64,000 bases of DNA, taken from contig CM097885.1 in the NCBI GenBank assembly GCA_044892525.1, positions 34,970,001 through 35,034,000 on the forward strand. Reading direction: 5' to 3'. The notes under the pieces were generated by a model that saw only the letters and a program-made list of their open reading frames with translations, was not told the DNA's origin and did not search any database. A program made the position numbers and the translations under genes. The DNA is from Schmidtea polychroa. Lineage: Eukaryota. Of the stretch, positions 17,262 to 26,607 are shown piece after piece. Position 1 is the first letter of the stretch. Each line of letters starts with the position of its first letter.

Positions 17262-17875
17262 CTGCTACTATAATACATCTCTCCAATAAATTAATCTGTT
17301 TTGCTTTTTGAGATATTTGTACGAAAGCCCCAGTTGTTTCTTTGATATCTTTAATAAATGTTCCTGACTTGCCAATAATCAATCCCGCCGTGCTGTTTGG
17401 AACTAAAATTTTCACTTGTCTTTGACGTTCATTTAATTCCTTCAATCCGTGATTATGTTGTAACATATTTCTATTTAGTTTATCATTAATTTTTTTCATA
17501 ATATAACTATGCATGGCAATAATTCCATCAACTGCACCAATAATTAAACAAACGCGTTCTTTTGTACCTATATAAAATGAAATTATATTAATTTATTGTT
17601 TCCAAATTTAACCGGGATAAAAGTCAGTGGATTTAGAAATTTTAACTTTTGTACAAGTTTCATTCTGCATATGATTAATTGATTCTCCTCTTTTACCAAT
17701 AATTGCTCCTGCTGAGACAGATGGAACAAGAATTTTGAAATAAACATTGTTAACTCCTATTGTGTTAAAATATATATATATTTATTTAATAAAGTAATAA
17801 CAACAATAAAATACTTGATGAAGAACAGAAATTATTTGGCAAAACTTTATTTGGAATATTTGAGTCTTCATTCAT
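17262..17875 (-). CDS. nova: Nova/Pasilla-like KH-domain splicing regulator, first three exons (17875-17815, 17756-17613, 17567-~17262): KH1 and most of KH2
   Basis: Spliced translation YFKILVPSVSAGAIIGKRGESI...KVKISKSTDFYPGTKERVCLI...QVKILVPNSTAGLIIGKSGTFIK...GAFVQISQK...ERCIIVAG. GT-AG introns of 58 and 45 nt with consistent phase. Confidence 0.88.
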
Positions 17876-18797
17876 ATTACAACATAATTTTAGAATAACA
17901 AAAAATTACTAAATATTTAACAATTTAACATTAAATATTCAGAATGACTTAATTCAAATAATAATCTAAAATTAAATTTACTTTTTTTATCATGAAATGT
18001 AGTAAAACAAATTATGTATTTTGAATCTTATTGTTTTATTTTCTGAAAATAAACTTAATATATTGTGTCACTTTATCGGCAATCTTTTACAAAATAAAAT
18101 AGTTGTTATATGAAATCAAATTGTAATTTTCTATTTTGTATTTTTAAATTACATCATCTAAATGATCAATTTTAAAATTATTTATTGTAATGCCAATACG
18201 TGGAAAAGTGAAAGTTTGATTGAATCAAGCCACATTATACCGGGAGATACGTACCAAATTAAAGCATAATCTTGAAAAAGCACCATCTGATTATTGTCCC
18301 ATGTGTTAAAGAGAAGTTAACACATTATTTATAATACAGGGACATGAAAAAAAGCAACTTTGAATTTTTTAGTATATTTATTTCATTTTTCGTTAAAATT
18401 TGTGAGAAGAATTATTTGTAGGAGTATTCTGACTTCAAGCTTTCTTTGATAGTGTGTACTCTTTTTTGGACAAGAATTAATTTTTAGGCCAATGAATAGG
18501 TTAAGTAGTGGAATGGGTCGTAAAATAGCACACAGACCAAAAAAACTTCAAAAAATCAACTAAACAACATTAAAAGAGTATATCTAACACCAAAATGATA
18601 AACACGAAACTAAAGTAAAATAAAGCAAGAAGTAGGGCATAAAAACCAACTCATTCATAGCACAGACACACAAGAAAATTTAAACAAGTTTGAATTAATG
18701 GAGGTAAAAGAAAGTAGGAATGTAAATGAAAAGATTTCTACAAAATTTGATCAAAAAACGTATTAAGAATAAAAATATTCGATAAAATTAGCGAAAT

Positions 18798-18930
18798 TCA
18801 TTATATCTTTTTGTTGAGGTCTCGATATTCGGGAGCACTCAACCTACTGGTTCTTATATATGTATAAATATATCAAAAGACAAAGTAATTTCTAAAACTT
18901 TTATTATAAAGAAAAATTTACCAAATATAA
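18798..18930. repeat. 133-bp direct repeat, left copy, containing a hairpin (18813-18843)
   Basis: Matches 23068-23200 at an offset of exactly 4270 with 3 mismatches. Confidence 0.95.
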
Positions 18931-18932
18931 AG

Positions 18933-19844
18933 TTAAATAAAGTTATTAAATTTATCTTTTGAAATTATTCCTTGTTTTAACAAATCTTTAGAAATCTTTA
19001 AAATATCAGAATCTAAATTATTATGTCCTGCTTTTTTAGCTGCTAATAGTTTTCTTAATTCAATAAAAAGGTTGATTGGGTTTGGTTTAACCCTTATACC
19101 ATCACCTTCTTTAACAACATAACCCTTTTCATTTCTATCTAAATATTTCTTTTAATCTTGAATGTGTTTTGCTTTTGAACTAGCTTTTATTGATCTTATA
19201 AAATTTAAATATTTTTTAATTTCTTCAACATCATCTGAAGGATATCCACAAATTAATCTATAAAAATCATCTCTAAATTCAAAGTCTAAATATTCATTAT
19301 TATAAACATTTTGTGAATGAATATGTGATTTATTTTCTGGAGTTGTATATAAAGTAAAGTTTTGTTTATTGATTGTTATTATTGAATATCCTTCAGAATT
19401 AATATGAAATGTGGGTTTAATTGAATCACTTAAACCTTCTCTAATTTTAGGATTAACTTTGAGAGGTTTTGTTTTTAAAAACATTTCTTCTTCTTCCACA
19501 TTAGAGGTTCTTCTGCGTTTTCTTTGATTTCTTTCAGAATGACTTTCAGGACGACTTTCAGGATGATTTTCAGGATGATTTTCAGTGGATTCTTTCTCCC
19601 ACTCCAATTCTTTTATTTTTTGTTTTTTATCTTCTAACTCTTTAAATTTTGCTTGCTCATTTAATCCTTTTATAGCTTTAATTGTTGGTCCTTGTTGTTT
19701 TTGGATTACCTCATTTAATATTATAGATTCAGCATGTTGAGTTGTATCTTTTTTATGATACTTGTTTTGTTCTGATTGTAATTTTTTTAAAAGTGCTAAT
19801 CTTTCTTTTAATGGTATCAAAAATGGTATCATGGTTCCTTCCAA
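18933..19844 (-). pseudogene. Polinton/Maverick PZ-like protein with one premature stop (19152-19154)
   Basis: Reading through the TAA gives 72 more codons, ...EGDGIRVKPNPINLFIELRKLLAAKKAGHNNLDSDILKISKDLLKQGII..., matching the conserved PZ C-terminal motif. Confidence 0.75.
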
Positions 19845-20404
19845 GGTTTTAAATATAATCCTTTACCATTTTTAGTTTTACAAAGGCATCCATTCTTTAA
19901 AGATTTACACATTTTTTTTAAATCATCTTTATCTTTTGAAGATAAAGATTCAGATGATGAAATTTGATTTTTTAAAAAATCATTTAAACCGCGGCCTTTA
20001 TAAGGATCAAGATAGAGACCCTTTCCAACGGAGGAACTCCCCTGAGACTTTTGACCTTCGGACACTTTCTGATATGGATTAAGATAGAGACCTTTTCCTT
20101 TAGCTTGCCCTACCTTCATTTTCTCGATTTCAGTTTGTAATTTTTCTTTTTCTAGGTCTGTCTTTTGAGATTCTTTAGCTTTTTGAACTGTAGTTGCAAT
20201 TCCTCCAGCTATTCCAGCAGCACCTGATAGTCCGGCAATGATTGCAGGTATTAAAGCAGCTAATGGAAGAATGCCACCTTCTTTAATCTTCGCTCTAACT
20301 TGTTCTTTTACATGTTTTCCAATAAAATATTTTTTACCATCAATTACTACTGATTTATTTTTATTTGAATTTATTAATTCTTGCAAAGATTCTTCAGTTG
20401 TCAT
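19829..20404 (-). CDS. Polinton virion core protein resembling adenovirus pX (Mu precursor)
   Basis: EGGILPLAALIPAIIAGLSGAAGIAGGIA resembles the adenovirus pX C-terminus (GGILPLLIPLIAAAIGAVPGIA). Three GKGLYLxP repeats. Confidence 0.75.
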   Translation of the reverse strand: MTTEESLQELINSNKNKSVVIDGKKYFIGKHVKEQVRAKIKEGGILPLAALIPAIIAGLSGAAGIAGGIATTVQKAKESQKTDLEKEKLQTEIEKMKVGQAKGKGLYLNPYQKVSEGQKSQGSSSVGKGLYLDPYKGRGLNDFLKNQISSSESLSSKDKDDLKKMCKSLKNGCLCKTKNGKGLYLKPWKEP

Positions 20405-20419
20405 TTTTAAATAAATAAA

Positions 20420-21214
20420 ATGGATATTTGGAAACCAATTTTAAATAGACATAAGAGTAAATTTAATAATAAAGTATTTCCTGATAATTTTAGATTATTA
20501 ATTGTTGGTTCTTCTGGATGTGGAAAGAATGTACTTGTTTTGAAAATGTTGCTTGAAGATGATTTTTTAGATTATAATAATTTAATCTTTTATTCTACAA
20601 CTATAAACCAACCAGAATTACAACTTTTGAAATGTGGATTTGAAAATAAATTAACTAAAAAAGCAATAATTGATATTTTTAAAAATCAACATAGATGTCC
20701 TGAAGAAGTTTTTCAACCTTGTGATATGGTTGATTGGTATAAGGAAAAGATTTTAGAATTAGATATTAGTAATAAAAATGATTATATTTGTGAAGATCAG
20801 GGGCAGGAGGCAATTCAAGTTTTATTCTCTAATAAACCTGAAGATGTTTTACATTGTGATTTACTTCCTAAAGATAAAAAGAATCTAGTTATATTTGATG
20901 ATGTTGTCAACATGAAAAATCTAGAGATTCAAAAGAGTTACTTTACACGAGGTCGACATAGTAATTGTAATGTTATTTATATATCTCAAACTTATTATGC
21001 TTTAGATAAAAACTCTATAAGAAATAATTCTAATTGTTTTATATTTTTTAAATTAGATCGCCGTGATAAGAATATGATTTATAATGACTTATTTTCAAAT
21101 GTTGAACCTGATAAGAATATGTTTGATATGTTTGTTGATAATCATTGGAAAGAAAAATATAATTATATTTATTTGGATAGAGAAGAAGCTGAAATATGGA
21201 AAAGTTTGTTTTAG
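20420..21214 (+). CDS. A32/FtsK-HerA-type genome packaging ATPase of Polinton/Maverick
   Basis: Walker A LIVGSSGCGKN (atypical N), Walker B LVIFDD, FTRGRHSNCNVIYISQ, IRNN motifs. Confidence 0.92.
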   Translation: MDIWKPILNRHKSKFNNKVFPDNFRLLIVGSSGCGKNVLVLKMLLEDDFLDYNNLIFYSTTINQPELQLLKCGFENKLTKKAIIDIFKNQHRCPEEVFQPCDMVDWYKEKILELDISNKNDYICEDQGQEAIQVLFSNKPEDVLHCDLLPKDKKNLVIFDDVVNMKNLEIQKSYFTRGRHSNCNVIYISQTYYALDKNSIRNNSNCFIFFKLDRRDKNMIYNDLFSNVEPDKNMFDMFVDNHWKEKYNYIYLDREEAEIWKSLF

Positions 21215-21225
21215 GGCTTGTCGAC

Positions 21226-21510
21226 TTAAAAATCTGTTTTCTGTAGTTCATTATTATAAAATCTGCCTAATATTTTTTCATTATTTAAATCAATGATGCT
21301 ATATGTTATTGGAGTTGTATAATGTATTTTATTTATAATAAAAATTTCATTTGTCCATTTTGCTGTGAATCCTTTTTCAAATTTATTTTTATATTTAAAT
21401 ATTCTTACTCGGTCACCAATTTTAAACTTTGGTTTTTCAATAACATCATTTTCAACAGGATTTATGAGTTCCAAAGGATTCAAGGAAGCATTTAAAGGTG
21501 TCTTTTTTTT
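21226..21510 (-). pseudogene. C-terminal fragment of Polinton retroviral-like integrase
   Basis: KTPLNAS...KPKFKIGDRVRIFKYKNKFEKGFTAKWTNEIFII...PITYSIIDLNNEKILGRFYNNELQK. The catalytic core is absent. Confidence 0.85.
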
Positions 21511-21524
21511 GAATAAACAAGTTG

Positions 21525-22382
21525 TTATTTTTTTGGAAAGATATATCTTGGTCGGTATGCTAAATTTGCTACCTTTATGGAATATGTTGAACGCTCTGTC
21601 ATACTAAATTCACTACAGATTCTATTTAAATAATTTACATTTATAGATTTGTTGGAATTTAATCTTTCAAGGAGTTTAATCTCAGAATGTGGATTTAATG
21701 TCCATTCAGGTATATGCAATTCAAGTGTTGATATTTTTAATTTAGCTGTTGTATCCTTATCTCCATAGAACAATCTTTTATCACCTTCTACTCTATTACA
21801 AACTAATTCTATAAAAACATTATGAAGTATACGATTATAGTTTTGAAGGAATCCAAACAAGTATTTTAATTCAAAATAACCTTCAAATTTTTTAGATTTA
21901 TAAAGTTCAGCTCTTTTATAGTAACCATAATAACCATCTTTCTCTAAATCTCCTTTATTAACATCAGGAATCCAGCCTCTTAATTCACCATATTCATTTT
22001 TATAATCACAACCAGTTAAAATAAAATTTAACATTGTAGAATATACTCCCGGATGCAAAACAGTTTCAATTTCTGATGATCCTAGTTTTAATCTCATGTT
22101 GGAAAATAAATTTGGAAAGAAATTATTTTCTAGGGTTATATCTTTGTTTGCTTCAATTTCTAATTCGATTTTATAATATAATTTGGCATTACAAATATCT
22201 ATAGGGTTTGATGTTTGAAGAAATTGAAAAACTATATCACCATTACGATTTAAATTTGAAATAGATCCGGCAGTAGGACAAATTTTTAAAATGTCAATCT
22301 TTTTAATATCATGTATGAATTCTTTATTATAGTCAAGATTTAATTTATTTTTATTTTGGATTTTAAGATTTATATTATTCAT
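21525..22382 (-). pseudogene. Polinton double-jelly-roll major capsid protein, C-terminally truncated (285 aa)
   Basis: NLNRNGDIVF, LENNFFPNLFSNMRLKLGSSEIE..PG..STM, LKYLFGFLQNYNRIL..IELVCNR, LKISTLELHIP, RPRYI. Typical MCP N-terminal portion in Polinton gene context. Confidence 0.78.
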
Positions 22383-22415
22383 TTTCTAAATAAGAATATA
22401 GCTTATAAAACACTC

Positions 22416-22897
22416 CTAAGGAATTTTAAAAAAATAAAAGAGAGCCTTGAAGACCTCCGCAATCAGTTCCTCAGCTTTTTTCTTAACTTCTCTCTCCATT
22501 AATTCTTCTAGGACTTTATTCATCAAAGCTCTTGTTTTTTCTTTCGCCTTTTTTCTTCATCCTTTAGAATTATTTCCTTACAAACTTTTTTCATTAGGCT
22601 TTCATGTCGGTATTTGTAATTTTCATCTTCAGTTTTTTTTAATTTTTCTTCTAGAAGCTTTATCTTCTTTTCATATTCCTCTTCCTGTTTTTTTAATAAG
22701 TTCTTAAGCTCTGTGATCTTCGTACTAAACTCTGTAATAGAATCTGTACTAAACTCTGTAATAGACTCTGTAATAGACTCTGTAAAAGATTCCTTTTTTT
22801 TAGGAATAGGTTTTACAGAGTTTCTTACAGAGTCTTTCTTCTTAGTACTTAAATTCTTACTTCCTTTTTCGGGATTTTTCGGATTTTTTTCAGCCAT
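22416..22897 (-). pseudogene. Lys/Glu-rich coiled-coil ORF of the Polinton cassette, frameshifted near 22545
   Basis: ORF 22897-22523 with SITE repeats. An alternate frame continues EKTRALMNKVLEELMEREVKKKAEELIAEVFK to TAG at 22416. Confidence 0.5.
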
Positions 22898-23067
22898 TTT
22901 CTATAAAAAAATTATATTGGATTTATGTTTTACCTGATGTGGTTCTTCAGATTTTCGGACTTACATACGCTTTCTTCAGATTTACATACATTTTCTTCAG
23001 ATTTTCGGACTTGCGGTTTTAGGGGTATGAATTCGGGTTGCGCTATATGGATGTTTGCTTACACTAC

Positions 23068-23200
23068 TCATTATATCTTTTTGTTGAGGTCTCCATATTC
23101 GGGAGCACTCAACCTACTGGTTCTTATATATGTATAAATATATCAAAAGACAAAGTAATTTCTAAAACTTTTATTATAAAGAAAGATTTACCCAATATAA
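23068..23200. repeat. 133-bp direct repeat, right copy, containing a hairpin (23083-23113)
   Basis: GTTGAGGTCTCC-ATATTCG-GGAGCACTCAAC: 12-bp stem with 2 mismatches and a 7-nt loop. Confidence 0.95.
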
Positions 23201-23941
23201 TGTATTCTGCTAGATTACAAAATCCTTTGAATATCCAACCGAATATGCGTGTATGTACTGTGTGAATGTTGTGTTTCTCTTGCTATGTTGCGTGTAGGCT
23301 TTTGAACGTTTTTGTTTGTCTGTTCGATTTTATCACTTATAAGGATTAACCTTTTTAGTATGTTATCGCGGTTAAAATTTTGAGCGAAAAAAATGAATTT
23401 TACCTCGCTATTTATACTATTTTCGTGTCTATGAAATTAAATTGATATATTTTTATAAGTATACTTAAGAAAATAATATATTTTATAAACATGCTTAAAG
23501 AATTAAGTATTAATTATTGTTATGTGAAAAATTCAAAGTATTAAATAAAGTGTTAATTATTGTTATTATTACATATGTCCTAAAAATTCTAAAATTATTA
23601 TTATTGAATTATTGTTATTTCAAAATTATGTTTTAAAATTATTATTATTGAATTACTGTTATTTCAAAATATCTAAAGTTGTTATTATTACACATGTCCT
23701 AAAAATTCTAAAATTATTGAATCATATGTCTTTCAAAAGTGTTCAAAATTATTACTATTAAATTGCCACTTATATTCTTATAATTTACGTGAATCATATG
23801 TCTTTCAAAATTTTAAAGTGTTCAAAATTATTATTATTCTTATAATTTACGATCATATGTTTTCATATGTTTTCTGAAATTTTATAATTTTAAATACTAA
23901 TTAAGATTATTTATTGAAATTTTATAATTTTAAATAATAAT

Positions 23942-26607
23942 TGTAGTCAAACCAATTAAATCATTATAAATATTAAATTAATATTTATATTAATAATAAC
24001 ATATTTAAAAACTTTGTTTTAATATGTTATTAATTTGATAAAAGTAGAATTTGAAAAAGTCGTCTTACTTATTAATAATAATGCAAATCAATGTAGAAGA
24101 CAACATTGGTGTCAGAAGTGTGGCTCAAGAAAGTAGTTACATTCAAATGAAAATTCCAACATTTTTCGACAATGTAGCAGTTTGGTTTCAACAAGTGGAC
24201 GCAGCATTGGAACTGGCCTCATTCAGAAACGAAAAACCAAATATTTTCACTTGTTAACCAGCTTACCATCTCGCGTTCTCGAAGAGTACTCGGATTTAAT
24301 GGATCCACATATCAAGCAGCCATATTCAGCACTTAAAGAAGCAATTATTAATGACTCAAAAGGATCAACGGAGGCAGAAAACAAACTTTTACAGAAACAG
24401 GAACTTGGGGATCGGAAACCAAGCCAACTCCTTAGAGAATTAAAAAGAAACTATAAAATAATGGAACCCAATGGTGACCCAGAAACGAGCAAAATTCTCA
24501 GACATCAGTTCATTAACTCCATGCAAGTTCACATTCAATACCTTCTAATATCGAGCAACGTTGGCATTGATGAGTTGGCCAACATCGCCAACTTGCACGT
24601 AAGCATCAATGATCAGCATATCTCACCGGTGGGAAGTCAAAATATTGCCGGAAACTTCCATCAGCTTGCAATAGAGAACCTGCAAGATCAAATCAATGTC
24701 ATAAGGGCAAACGAAAGCTCTACTCGAAAAGAACGTCATTCGAGTGAAGAAACAATATGTTATTATTCACAGACGATTCCGAATAAAAGCCAGGAAATGC
24801 CAAAAACCGTGTTGCTGGTCTGATTCAGTTAAGTCGGGAAAAGGCCAAGGATCTCGTTAATGTCGACGACAGAGATCCAATGCTCAACTCAACAGTCGAC
24901 AAAGATTAATGCAATTTTCACTGTTCCAGTCCTCTATGACAATAAATCAAATGATTTTCTCATTGATTCTGGGGCAGATGTCACCGTTATCCCAACAAAA
25001 ATATTTAAACCCGATTCCAGAATTCACCGATCAGACTCATAGCGGCTAACAACTGTAGCATAAAAGTACATGGCTCAAAAGTTCTACACTTTACGATTGA
25101 AGGTCAAAAGCAGCATTTCTAGATTTCTAGTGGATTGCAAAAATGCTAAAATCTTCATCGGAAATACAGCTATCACAAATGTTAATAAAAGAAGCAATTC
25201 AGTCAGCTCTGAGCATGCAATGGCAATCGAAACAACTGGGCCACCAATTGCGCAGTCAGTAATTCGATACCTTGATCAAAAAGGGAATCCTAAGGGAAAG
25301 TAAGAGTGACTGGGCGTCACCATTGGTAATAGTTAAGAAGAAAGATGGATCAATACGCCGATGCGGTGCCTACAGACTCCTGAACTCAGTCACGAAAGTC
25401 GACAAATATCCTCTGCCCAGAATAAGCGACATCTTAGATCAACTCGGGGGAAGCAAAATATTTTCAACGATCGATCTGGAAAAGGCATATCACCAAATCC
25501 CAATTGAAGCAAACGACATCCCACAAACAGCAATAATTACACCTTTTGGACTTTACGAATACCTCAAAATGCCTTTTGGACTGAGGAACGCATCACAAAC
25601 TTTCCAAAGATTCATGGACAAGCTTCTACGTCCATACATGATGTTCTCCAGAGCGTACATCGATGACATAATCATTTTCTTTAAATCGAATGAATATCAT
25701 GAAAAACATTTGCAAACAATCGAAAAAGTTCTAAAAGATGCACATTTATCAATAAATAAAGATAAAAGCTGCTTGGCTAAAAATCAGGTTAACTTTCTTG
25801 GATTTCACATTTCAGACTCAGGAATCTCACCCCAAACCGATAAGATTCAAGCAATCACCTCCTGTTCAAGGCCAGACGATGCTAAGGCACTGAGACGATT
25901 TATTGGAATGGTAACATTCTATCACTGGCTAATACTGAATTTGGCGGATATAATGGCTCCGTTACATGAACTGACATCAAACGGAGCAAAAGACAAACGT
26001 AAAAATATCTGGAAAGATCAACACTCGCAAGCCTTTGAAACGGCAAAGAAAAAACTGCAAGAAATCACTGAAATGATCCCTCCAGATTCGCAACGCACAT
26101 TCATCGTATGCACGGATGCATCGGACATTGGAATTGGTGCAAGCCTTAATCACAGAACGGCAGAAGGTAAACTTACACCAATCAGTTTTTTCTCTAGAAA
26201 GCTCAACAAAACTGAACAAAGATATTCAACATTTGACCGAGAACTATTAGCTGCCTATTTAGCCATCAAAAATTTCAAACATCACCTGGACGGCAATACA
26301 TTCGAATTACTAACCGATCACAAGTCATTGGTATACAATGAAAGACCCATCCAATAGACAATGGCGATGGATCCAGTTCATAAACGAATTTGATGCAAAG
26401 ATAATTCACATCAAAGGGAAAGACAACATTGTCGCAGATTTCCTATCAAGACAATCTAATTCAGACAACAATACTCTCAATATTGTTGAGACTGTGCCGA
26501 TGACAAAAAATGAAATAATTAATCAACAAAGACAACAATCATTCGCCCAAACCTTGAAGCCAAATCACTCATTTAAAATAAGTATAGATGATGACGGAAT
26601 CCTAGTG
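23942..26607 (+). mobile_element. Ty3/Gypsy retrotransposon, 5' portion (short LTR ~23942-24105, tRNA-Leu PBS 24107-24120, gag-PR-RT-RNaseH), frameshifted, integrase and 3' LTR missing
   Basis: TGTAGTC...GACAACA then TGGTGTCAGAAGTG. gag LGDRKPSQLL, protease FLIDSGAD, RT WASPLVIV/MPFGLRNA/YIDD, RNase H TDASDIGIGA/YSTFDRELLA. Confidence 0.93.

Noticed and set aside
23083..23113. Hairpin as a CRESS/rolling-circle origin or Helitron end
   Set aside because: The loop ATATTCG is not the TAGTATTAC-type nonamer, no Rep is present, and no CTRR lies at the expected position.
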